From an uncultured Bdellovibrionales bacterium (GTDB taxonomy: Bacteria > Patescibacteriota > Minisyncoccia > Moranbacterales > UBA1568), in the NCBI GenBank assembly GCA_964624415.1, contig CAZUWR010000001.1, forward strand, positions 74,114-138,113: DNA of 64,000 bases, in the 5' to 3' direction. Each line of letters starts with the position of its first letter. Within the stretch, counting starts at the first letter, position 1. Shown here one piece after another: positions 56,695 through 64,000 of the stretch. The notes under the pieces were generated by a model that worked only from the letters and a program-made list of their open reading frames with translations, searched no databases and was not told where the DNA came from. The position numbers were made by a program, and so were the translations under genes.

Positions 56695-56723
56695 TTGACT
56701 ACTGTTAATACATGCCGTATACT
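56695..56723 (+). promoter_or_regulatory. Sigma-70 consensus-like promoter TTGACT-N17-TATACT for the XRE repressor gene
   Basis: Seen directly. Implies transcription starts after the ORF-track start at 56712 and supports the ATG at 56751. Confidence 0.5.
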
Positions 56724-56750
56724 GAAAGTGTGCTTAATGAATCAAAAATT

Positions 56751-57113
56751 ATGAAAACAAGAGACTTAGCGTCAGCAGTAAGAAACCTTCGAATAAAGTC
56801 TGGTATATCCCCTGCTAAATTGGCGGAGCGATCAGAACTTTCTTCGGCGTACATTTCCAAATTGGAAAGCGGTCAGTACAAAACAATCACATTGACTACT
56901 TCAAGAGCTCTTGCGGTAGGACTAGGACTCACTCTCAAGGATTTTCTTGAGAAGATTGGGTTTTTAGAAAAACAGGATACATATAATCCGTTAAACCAAA
57001 ATTCCGCCAACCAGTTGATCGCAAATGCCCTTCGGGGAAATGGCTACACCGACCAGCAAGCACGGGACATTGTGAATTATGCCAAATATATCAAATCCAC
57101 AGACAAGCGATAA
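56751..57113 (+). CDS. XRE-family HTH transcriptional regulator (ImmR/cI-like repressor)
   Basis: Cro/C1-type HTH (LRIKSGISPAKLAERSELSSAYISKLESGQ), about 120 aa. Paired with the ImmA-like protease downstream. Confidence 0.7.
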   Translation: MKTRDLASAVRNLRIKSGISPAKLAERSELSSAYISKLESGQYKTITLTTSRALAVGLGLTLKDFLEKIGFLEKQDTYNPLNQNSANQLIANALRGNGYTDQQARDIVNYAKYIKSTDKR

Positions 57114-57798
57114 CGACCTTGATCATGAAGATGTTTCTCTTGAGGTTCTTGAATTTCAACAGAAAAAAGGCTACGTAGCACTACTCGAACAACTTACGCT
57201 ACACTTTCAAAAACTTGTTTATGATATTTTCCAAAAATACCCTAGCGAAATAACATTCCCTATTGATACAATGCCAATGGAGCATTTTTTGCTCGGGTTT
57301 GAAATCGAGTATCTATCCATAGAGGAACTTATAGAAAATGATCTCATCCCGCACTTTTGCAATCCCTTTGATCTAAAGGGATCTCATTCAAGCCCTCATT
57401 CCATAGAGGGTTTTTGGTTTTCCGATGATAAAACAAATAAAGTTTATATTTTCATAAACACATCATCCAACGCCAAGCGTCAGATGTTTACTAAAATACA
57501 CGAGCTTTTTCACTTTTGCCAAAGTCTTGATCCAGCCTTTAATGACTTTCTCACTGAAATCATCAATGAATCAACACTCCCGAAAAAATACATAAGAAAT
57601 CTTATAGAAAGAAGTGCAAACAAGGCCACGGCCATGTACTTGATACCCGAAACACATTTGCAACAAGCGTATAAAGAGACTCAAGACATTGCGGAATTGG
57701 CGCTATTGTATGGTGTTTCGCAAGATACTCTCAGAATACGACTGGAAGAGTGCAATTTAATCCGTAATCAAAATGATATTTTTGATGTTCCATTTTAA
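57079..57798 (+). CDS. ImmA/IrrE-family zinc metallopeptidase (anti-repressor protease, DUF955/M78)
   Basis: HEXXH motif HELFHF in the context IFINTSSNAKRQMFTKIHELFHFCQ. Overlaps the XRE gene by 35 nt. This is the typical ImmR-ImmA pairing of mobile elements. Confidence 0.7.
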   Translation: MPNISNPQTSDNDLDHEDVSLEVLEFQQKKGYVALLEQLTLHFQKLVYDIFQKYPSEITFPIDTMPMEHFLLGFEIEYLSIEELIENDLIPHFCNPFDLKGSHSSPHSIEGFWFSDDKTNKVYIFINTSSNAKRQMFTKIHELFHFCQSLDPAFNDFLTEIINESTLPKKYIRNLIERSANKATAMYLIPETHLQQAYKETQDIAELALLYGVSQDTLRIRLEECNLIRNQNDIFDVPF

Positions 57799-57916
57799 AA
57801 AACACAAAAATCCTGCGCTTCAACACAGGACTTTTGGCTAAACCAACGCGAGTAAACACATTGATCAGGGCAATTTCAATGTAACATATCCGAAATCGTA
57901 AAGCAAGGATATTGGC

Positions 57917-57950
57917 TCGCGCATGGATAGACGCGAGCTTTTATGTATTC
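57917..57950. other. GC-rich hairpin GCTCGCG-N10-CGCGAGC upstream of rep: candidate nick site or double-strand origin, or a terminator
   Basis: Perfect 7 bp inverted repeat followed by TTTTATG, about 160 nt upstream of the Rep_trans start codon. Coordinates approximate. Confidence 0.3.
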
Positions 57951-58106
57951 ACCCGACATATCCACAAAAGGCCTCGCAAAGGCTCTCAATCTAGGCAAAG
58001 ATGAAGTTTTTGAAGCTAGCTTCAACTTGCTTACATTTTTTGAAACATTGCACAGAATTGACGAGCGCTTGCAAACGGAGAAAAACGGAAAGGAGGCTAA
58101 CTCTGT

Positions 58107-59258
58107 ATGATTGATAGCATTGTCCTTTCCATTCAAGAAAACGCTTACACGCTAACGGACGCGCGTTGTTTCGGGAATAAACACATCAAACAAATGGGAA
58201 GGCGTTTTTCAAATACAACTTCTTTCAGCGACATGGCACCGCAACTCAAAAAGCAAGGTGTCTATTTTCCGCATGTTGAGTTTCCTCAAAGAACAAGTGG
58301 GAGGGATAAAAACAAATCATCATCCCTTCAAATACAAGTATCGCTTCCAAAGCTTCTTTATGGTACTAATCTTTTTGAAATAGACGGCTCAGAACTTCCA
58401 GCTCTATGCGCAAAACTTTCTCAATGCTTGCAAAGACTCAATATCATCATCACGGAGGAAGCAGTTGCCAACGCTACTGTCAAAAGAGTTGATTTTTGCA
58501 AATCTATCACACTACCACCTTATCTTGGCACAGCCAAACAAGTGATCCATAAGCTTCAAAAATTCAACTACAAGGCCGGATCAGACTTCACGCGCAAGGA
58601 ATTTCGAGAAGGCTCAAAAGAATGCTTTATAAAGTATCACAGTAGCACGCAAGGTTATGTCGTGTATGACAAGGCCTCTGAATTACTCGCAAATGGCTTT
58701 ACAGAAATAGAAAAAACTATTGCACGCCACCTTCAACAAGGGAATGGCTACGGCCGAGTGATACGCTTTGAGCTTTCGCTTCAAAAAAAGCAATCCATGG
58801 ACGCTTTGCTTCGGCGACACATTGGAAAGCAAAAAAACTTTACCTTGAAAGACTTGCTTTCAAGTAAAATCGCCGTCAAAGATATTCTTTTGGAAGCTTT
58901 TGATCGTATTTACTCCCCCGCTCACACCCTCTTGATCACGCTCGCGGAAATGGACGAAAATGAAATCTCTCATCATCTAGAGAGCCTCGATCTTTCTTTT
59001 GCAAAAAAGGCGACGCTTGCGTATCTAGCGAATAAGACTGCCAAATATGGTTTACGGGCAACATTGGTCGAAATGAAAACCGAAATGTCGGCAAGCAACT
59101 ATAATCGATACAAGAATGATCTCAAAGAGATGTTTCAGAACTTGGACACACTGGGCTTGGAAAAGCCAAACCTTATAAAGTTTTTACGGGATGAGCATGT
59201 TGCATTCCAACTTCTCACACCGAACAAAAGCTTGTGCGGTATTGTCAATCATTGTTAA
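58107..59258 (+). CDS. Rep_trans-family rolling-circle replication initiator (pT181 RepC / CTXphi RstA / Tn916 Orf20-like)
   Basis: Matches the family landmarks: MIDSIVLSI (iDwlafTf), KRVDFCKSI (RlDlAiD), YHSSTQGYVVYDKASE (GsrsS..iRiYDKaaE), RVIRFELSLQ (WiRvElqlr). Strong SD AAGGAGG upstream. Confidence 0.65.
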   Translation: MIDSIVLSIQENAYTLTDARCFGNKHIKQMGRRFSNTTSFSDMAPQLKKQGVYFPHVEFPQRTSGRDKNKSSSLQIQVSLPKLLYGTNLFEIDGSELPALCAKLSQCLQRLNIIITEEAVANATVKRVDFCKSITLPPYLGTAKQVIHKLQKFNYKAGSDFTRKEFREGSKECFIKYHSSTQGYVVYDKASELLANGFTEIEKTIARHLQQGNGYGRVIRFELSLQKKQSMDALLRRHIGKQKNFTLKDLLSSKIAVKDILLEAFDRIYSPAHTLLITLAEMDENEISHHLESLDLSFAKKATLAYLANKTAKYGLRATLVEMKTEMSASNYNRYKNDLKEMFQNLDTLGLEKPNLIKFLRDEHVAFQLLTPNKSLCGIVNHC

Positions 59259-59318
59259 TCGAGATATGATGATATTGTATTACTCAAATATACCTCCCAA
59301 ATATGAACACCCATCATT

Positions 59319-59519
59319 ATGAAAAATAGCACAAGGAAACAAGGAGAAGAAAAAGAATTTTACCTCGTCGAAGAGGTTGCCGAAAAATTGAGGGTATCAA
59401 AAATGACCGTGTATCGATATATCAAGGCAAGTAAGCTCAATGCCTACAAAATCGGCAAAGAGTTTCGTATCAGAAAAAGCGACCTCGACAGTTTCCTTTC
59501 ACAAGTAAGTACACAATAA
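59319..59519 (+). CDS. Excisionase/MerR-like HTH_17 DNA-binding protein (Xis-like)
   Basis: 66 aa. LVEEVAEKLRVSKMTVYRYIKASKLNAYKIGKEFRIRKSDLDSFL matches the HTH_17 pattern. Confidence 0.6.
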   Translation: MKNSTRKQGEEKEFYLVEEVAEKLRVSKMTVYRYIKASKLNAYKIGKEFRIRKSDLDSFLSQVSTQ

Positions 59520-59523
59520 TTTT

Positions 59524-61647
59524 ATGCTCAATATACAAACCGAGAAAAACAAGATATTCTCCCCTATCCGCAATAAGTGGCTTATAAATACACCCGAAGA
59601 AGAAGTGCGTCAAAACTATATTTGCAAGCTCGTGAACGAATACGGGTATAGTTTGGATCAGATTGATGAAGAGCTACAAGTAAACAATAGTCAAAGAGGA
59701 CAAGGAAAATCAAGAGCGGATATTGTCGTGTGGAAATCAAAAGAAGAAAAGCTCAATAAAAGCAATGCCTTCATAGTGATTGAGTGCAAATCAGACAACG
59801 TCACTATACACCCCGAAGACTACTATCAAGGCAACAATTATGCTTCTTGGGCAAGAGCAAAGTTTTTTGTTACGCATAACAACGCCGAAACAAAATACTT
59901 CCAAATGCTTGAAGACAAACTTCCTGTCGACTTAAACGAGATCGTAAATATCCCAACCGCAAAAGAGGTCAATGACGTAAAGAAGCTTCAAGAACTTGTC
60001 GAGGAAACAAAGGTCTTCACCAGAGACGAATTTTCAAAATTGCTTTTCAAATGCCATAATATCATCCGCAACAACGACAAACTTTCTCCCGAAGGCGCTT
60101 TTGACGAAATAAGCAAAATTTTGTTTATCAAAATACGTTACGAAAGACAGCAAGGAAAAAAAGTCTTCTCGTCTTTCCGTTTCGACGAGCTCAAGAAGTC
60201 TTACGAGGAAACCGCTTCAAAAACATCAAAACCTTTTTATCAGGTACTTTTCGACAAGACGAAAGAAGATTTTGTGGAAGATGAACTTTTTGAACTCAAT
60301 GAGGAAATCAAGATCCGTGAAAATAGCTTTACACAGATAGTCAAAGAGTTGGAACGATACAATCTTTCCGATACGGGAGATGATGTCAAAGGTATCGCAT
60401 TTGAACAATTTCTCGGCAAGACATTTCGAGGTGAGCTCGGGCAATTCTTCACCCCGCGCACGATAGTCGATTTTATGGTGGATATTCTCGATCCCAAAGA
60501 AGGCGACCTTATTTGCGACCCGTGTTGCGGTTCGGGCGGTTTCCTTATCAAAGCTTTCGATTATGTGCGCGAGAAAATCGAAGCGGATATTTTGAGTCAA
60601 AAAGAGGCCGTTAAAAACAAGTATTTTGATGAGAATTACCAAAAGCTTGATGACGAAGGAAAAGAAAAGATCGATAAAATTGTTGAAAAAGAGTTTAAAA
60701 AGCTTAATAAAGAACTCGACAATTTCTCGGAAGGATCAAGACTCTACAAGCTTTCTCATGATTGTATCTACGGAGCAGATGCCAATCCTCGCATGGCGCG
60801 CACTAGCAAAATGAACATGATCATGCACGGAGACGGCCACGGCGGGGTGCATCATAATGACGGACTGCTCGACATTGGCGGTATCTTTGAAAATCGTTTT
60901 GACATTATCTTCACCAATCCCCCTTTCGGATCGCGAGTGAACAAGGGTCAAAAAATAACGGAAAATGACAACAAGTATGCGGGTAAAAAAGACTATATCG
61001 AAAAGAAATTCGGTAGAGCAGGCTTGGATGCTATCCATAACCTCGAAAACAATATCGGAAAAAATTTGATTGATACCTACGAAACAGGAAACTTTTCGAC
61101 GCTCACGGAAGTGCTTTTTATGGAGCGCTATTTGAGAATACTCAAGCAGGGCGGAAAAATGGCGGTTGTTTTGCCCGAAGGCTTCCTCAACAATCCGAAT
61201 TTGCAAAAGGTGCGCGAATACTTCGAAGGACGTGCAAAAATAGAACTCATTGTTTCCATTCCTCAAGATGTCTTTATTGCAAGCGGTGCCACAGTAAAGC
61301 CGAGCCTTGTTTTTCTCAAGAAGTTTACCGAAACGGAAAGTACGGAATACAAAGCACTTAAAGAGAAAATAACCCAATCCGTACAAACTCAATACGAAAC
61401 CCAAAAAAGCACACTTGAGAAAGAACTCAAAGAAGCGAAAGGCGAAACCAAGAAACTCAAAAAGAAAGAACTGGACGCTTTAAACATCACTATTGAAAAT
61501 CAGATCAAACAAGAAATCAAAACCGCTTTTGACTATCAAATCCCGATAGCCGAAGTCGAAAAAGCGGGCATCACCACTACGGGAGAAAAATGTGAAAACG
61601 AGCTCGTCGAAGTGGCGAAAGAATATCACCGATACAAAAGCAAATAA
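59524..61647 (+). CDS. hsdM: Type I-like N6-adenine DNA methyltransferase (HsdM-type) with an N-terminal HSDR_N PD-(D/E)xK nuclease-like domain
   Basis: 707 aa. N-terminal EEEVRQNYICKLVNEYGY...RADIVVWKS...FIVIECKSDN fits the HSDR_N/Mrr-like D...E.K core. Then the HsdM N-domain and the N6_Mtase catalytic domain with motif I (DPCCGSGGFL) and motif IV NPPF (IIFTNPPFGS). Confidence 0.85.
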   Translation: MLNIQTEKNKIFSPIRNKWLINTPEEEVRQNYICKLVNEYGYSLDQIDEELQVNNSQRGQGKSRADIVVWKSKEEKLNKSNAFIVIECKSDNVTIHPEDYYQGNNYASWARAKFFVTHNNAETKYFQMLEDKLPVDLNEIVNIPTAKEVNDVKKLQELVEETKVFTRDEFSKLLFKCHNIIRNNDKLSPEGAFDEISKILFIKIRYERQQGKKVFSSFRFDELKKSYEETASKTSKPFYQVLFDKTKEDFVEDELFELNEEIKIRENSFTQIVKELERYNLSDTGDDVKGIAFEQFLGKTFRGELGQFFTPRTIVDFMVDILDPKEGDLICDPCCGSGGFLIKAFDYVREKIEADILSQKEAVKNKYFDENYQKLDDEGKEKIDKIVEKEFKKLNKELDNFSEGSRLYKLSHDCIYGADANPRMARTSKMNMIMHGDGHGGVHHNDGLLDIGGIFENRFDIIFTNPPFGSRVNKGQKITENDNKYAGKKDYIEKKFGRAGLDAIHNLENNIGKNLIDTYETGNFSTLTEVLFMERYLRILKQGGKMAVVLPEGFLNNPNLQKVREYFEGRAKIELIVSIPQDVFIASGATVKPSLVFLKKFTETESTEYKALKEKITQSVQTQYETQKSTLEKELKEAKGETKKLKKKELDALNITIENQIKQEIKTAFDYQIPIAEVEKAGITTTGEKCENELVEVAKEYHRYKSK

Positions 61648-61648
61648 T

Positions 61649-63013
61649 ATGACAAATCTACTCGCTACAAATGAATATCGTTTCTTGCAACTTGTGCATT
61701 TTCGCAATTGGATCAACTGGGATGTCAAAAGTTATGCGATCAACACGTTGCAATCCGAATACACATTCGTCAAATTATCCGAAGTGTTGCAAGAGCAAAC
61801 CCAAAAAGTGAAACTCAAAGACTTTCCCGACACGGAGTTTGGCATTTTAGGCGTCAACAACAAAATCGGCATTTTTGACGCTTACCTTGAAAAGGGCGCA
61901 AAAATAAACCAGCCCTACAAGAAAATGCAAACCAACTGGATCGCCTACAATCCCTACCGTGTCAATGTAGGCTCTATCGGAATAAAAACGGAGAATGAAC
62001 ACTACGAATACATAAGCAATGCCTATGTCGTTTTCAGTTGCGATGAAAGCAAACTCGATACGGAGTTCTTTTTCAGACTTTTCAAAACCGCCACCTTCAA
62101 CAATCTTGTCAAAAAATCAACCAAAGGTTCGGTTCGTCAAAACCTTTCTTTCGAATTGTTAAGCAATATCTCAATCCCACTCCCACCACTTCATATCCAG
62201 AAAGCGCTTGTGAAAGCTTATGACGCCAAACTCGCAGAGGCCGAAGCTTTGAACAACGAAGCCGAAACAACAAACAAGCAGATTAAGAGCTATCTCATGC
62301 AAGAACTCGGCATCACGATTGAAGAAAAGCAAAAAAAGAAAGGCTTGCAAATGATACGGTTTAAGGATTTGGATCGTTGGGGTGTTGACTTTGCAATTTT
62401 TACGAGCATTCTCAATAAACTCTACAAAAATACTACATTTCCGATAGAAAGACTGGGTTCACGAATAGAATACCTACAATATGGTTTGTCCGAAAAAGCA
62501 AATAGAGATGCATCAGGGGTACCAATGATCAGAATGAATAATATACAAGATAGTGACATAAACTACCAAGATTTGAAGTATATAGAAAAATGTTCAGAAA
62601 GTTACTTGTTGCAAAAAGGAGATCTCCTTTTTAATCGAACAAACAGTAAAGAGCTTGTAGGAAAAACTGCTATTTTCAACAACAATGTTAGCGCTACATT
62701 TGCCTCTTACTTGATTAGAGTCAGGTTTGAAGAAAAAACAACAGATGTTCGTTATATCAACTTTTTAATGAATTCAATAATAGGAAGGGTTCAAATAAAC
62801 ACGATCAGTAGACAAGTTTTAGGACAAGCAAATATCAATAGTCGTGAGTTGCAAGATTTTACATTTCCATTTCCACCTCTCGAAATCCAAAACAAGATAG
62901 CCGACCAAATAGACGCATGGAAGAAAGAAATCAAAACCAAGAAAGAACAAGCCGAAGCAATCAAACAACAAGCGAAAGAAGTATTTGAAAAAAGCTTGTT
63001 TGAAACAAAATAA
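61649..63013 (+). CDS. hsdS: Type I restriction-modification specificity subunit (two target-recognition domains)
   Basis: Two TRDs separated by conserved HsdS central and C-terminal coiled-coil repeats (LPPLHIQKALVKAYDAKLAEAEAL ... FPPLEIQNKIADQIDAWKKEIKTKKEQAEAIKQQAKE). The start ATG is 2 bp after the hsdM stop. Confidence 0.85.
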   Translation: MTNLLATNEYRFLQLVHFRNWINWDVKSYAINTLQSEYTFVKLSEVLQEQTQKVKLKDFPDTEFGILGVNNKIGIFDAYLEKGAKINQPYKKMQTNWIAYNPYRVNVGSIGIKTENEHYEYISNAYVVFSCDESKLDTEFFFRLFKTATFNNLVKKSTKGSVRQNLSFELLSNISIPLPPLHIQKALVKAYDAKLAEAEALNNEAETTNKQIKSYLMQELGITIEEKQKKKGLQMIRFKDLDRWGVDFAIFTSILNKLYKNTTFPIERLGSRIEYLQYGLSEKANRDASGVPMIRMNNIQDSDINYQDLKYIEKCSESYLLQKGDLLFNRTNSKELVGKTAIFNNNVSATFASYLIRVRFEEKTTDVRYINFLMNSIIGRVQINTISRQVLGQANINSRELQDFTFPFPPLEIQNKIADQIDAWKKEIKTKKEQAEAIKQQAKEVFEKSLFETK

Positions 63014-63016
63014 CCT

Positions 63017-64000
63017 ATGAAAAAAGCGGTCGCCTACTTTCGCGTATCGTCGAAAGAACAAAAAGTCGAAGGGTACTCAATCCCCGCTCAAAAGCGGTTG
63101 ATTTTGGATTTCGCCAAGCGTCAAGGCATCAAAATCGTGCAAGAATTTGAAGACGACGAAACCGCCAAAAAATCGGGACGAAAAGGCTTTACTGAAATGA
63201 TCCAATACCTCAAAGATCACAAAGATGTCGATGCTATCGTGGTTGAAAAAACCGATCGTCTCTATCGCAACTTCAAAGACTATGTGATTGTAGATGATCT
63301 GAGTCTTACGGTATACTTGGTCAAAGAAAACGAGGTTATCGGTAAAAATGCCTCATCGCATCAAAAATTCATTCACGGGATCAAGGTGCTCATGGCCAAA
63401 AACTATGTCGACAATCTCAGTGAGGAATCTCGAAAAGGACTTGATCAAAAAGCGAGTGGCGGGGTGTATCCCAGCTCAAGCATCCCTCTCGGATACAAAT
63501 TCCGTAAGCAAGACGGCAAAACCATTCCCGTGATCGACGAGGTGCATCAGGATATACCCGTGCGTATGTTCAATCTCTATGCTACGGGACGGTATTCCCT
63601 GCTCTCACTCCTCAATCAACTCAAAGAAGAGGGCTTATTGCGATCAGAGCGTTTTGCCACGCATCCGAGAATCAAAACCATCACAAAGAGCTCGGCTCAA
63701 AGAATACTTCGGAATCCTTTCTATTACGGCGATTTTATGTGGCGGGAAAAACTGCATAAGGGAACGCATGATCCGATCATTACAAAGGCTTTATGGGATA
63801 AAGTGCAAACCGCTCTCAATCGTTTTGAGAATAAAGAACTGCTCTCAAAATATAATTCACTCCCCTTTGCTTTCAAAGGATTGTTTGTATGCGGTGAGTG
63901 CGGGCGTGCCATAACAGCGGAAAAGAAAGTGAAAAAATCGGGACTGGAATATACTTACTATCATTGCACGAAATTCAATACCAACTGCACGCAAAAAGCC
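63017..64000 (+). CDS. Large serine recombinase (N-terminal resolvase domain, recombinase domain, zinc-ribbon), 3' end outside the window
   Basis: AVAYFRVSSKEQ catalytic Ser motif. Recombinase-domain pattern. CGECGR...YYHC zinc ribbon beginning near the window end. Open to position 64000. Confidence 0.85.
   Translation, partial: MKKAVAYFRVSSKEQKVEGYSIPAQKRLILDFAKRQGIKIVQEFEDDETAKKSGRKGFTEMIQYLKDHKDVDAIVVEKTDRLYRNFKDYVIVDDLSLTVYLVKENEVIGKNASSHQKFIHGIKVLMAKNYVDNLSEESRKGLDQKASGGVYPSSSIPLGYKFRKQDGKTIPVIDEVHQDIPVRMFNLYATGRYSLLSLLNQLKEEGLLRSERFATHPRIKTITKSSAQRILRNPFYYGDFMWREKLHKGTHDPIITKALWDKVQTALNRFENKELLSKYNSLPFAFKGLFVCGECGRAITAEKKVKKSGLEYTYYHCTKFNTNCTQKA

Larger units (their letters stand above)
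56600..64000. mobile_element. Putative integrative mobile element (ICE/IME-like) with a large serine recombinase at the right end. The right boundary lies outside the window and the left boundary is uncertain, somewhere in 56516-56711.
   Basis: Gene content: XRE repressor, ImmA/IrrE protease, Rep_trans initiator, Xis-like HTH_17, Type I-like RM M+S, and a large serine recombinase. Lower GC than the housekeeping regions. Confidence 0.55.

Noticed and set aside
57876-58136. 86 aa minus-strand ORF overlapping the rep upstream region and start.
   Set aside because: No homology and low-complexity sequence. It overlaps the strong SD and start of the Rep_trans gene and is probably spurious.
1-64000. 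CRISPR arrays, rRNA genes and complete tRNA genes.
   Set aside because: No regularly spaced short direct repeats, no rRNA-like conserved stretches and no complete tRNA cloverleaf were recognised by eye. A computational scan (CRISPRCasFinder, barrnap, tRNAscan-SE) would be needed to exclude them formally.

Overview
This 64 kb window is bacterial chromosomal DNA with dense coding on both strands. It uses the standard genetic code: clear genes end in TAA, TAG and TGA. GC content is roughly 50%, with lower-GC patches. Housekeeping genes make up most of it: murC (3' part) and murB, hpf, recJ, a Pif1-family helicase, fmt-def-priA, radC, an AlkD-like alkylation repair gene, queH, pirin, thpR, a WecB/TagA-family glycosyltransferase, gltX, M23 peptidases, msrAB, two ABC-F ATPases, an RluB/RsuA-type pseudouridine synthase and pyrB. 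There is a copper homeostasis cluster (csoR, copA, an HMA domain fused to a DsbD_2-like membrane domain, and a cupredoxin-like protein). A YtxG/YtxH-like stress module sits near it. Two adjacent paralogous genes each encode two GH130 (mannoside phosphorylase-like) domains and are followed by a mannose-6-phosphate isomerase-like cupin. Many small secreted or membrane-anchored hypothetical proteins share a lineage-specific Y-G-F-E-F-K-Y-P motif and weak Shine-Dalgarno sequences, as seen in many uncultivated (possibly Patescibacteria-like) bacteria. Taxonomy cannot be established from the sequence.

The 3' end of the window, about 56.6-64.0 kb, looks like an integrated mobile element. It carries an XRE repressor plus an ImmA/IrrE-type metalloprotease, a Rep_trans rolling-circle initiator, an Xis-like HTH_17 protein, and a Type I-like restriction-modification pair. 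In that pair the methyltransferase has an N-terminal HSDR_N (PD-(D/E)xK nuclease-like) domain and no HsdR gene is present. A large serine recombinase runs off the right edge.

Other features worth a second look:
- a roughly 120 bp intergenic module present in two near-identical copies (about 6334-6462 and 25151-25278);
- an ORF-free, AT-rich region of about 1 kb (29580-30636) with palindromic hairpins and possible small ORFs;
- a paralog array with a duplicated signal-anchor segment and a decayed third copy carrying an in-frame stop (2897-4000);
- a tightly packed DinD/Bro-N-like, HD-domain and Pif1-helicase operon;
- a small low-GC island of hypothetical genes (50.6-53.6 kb) with a probably frameshifted methyltransferase.

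No rRNA gene, complete tRNA or CRISPR array was recognised.
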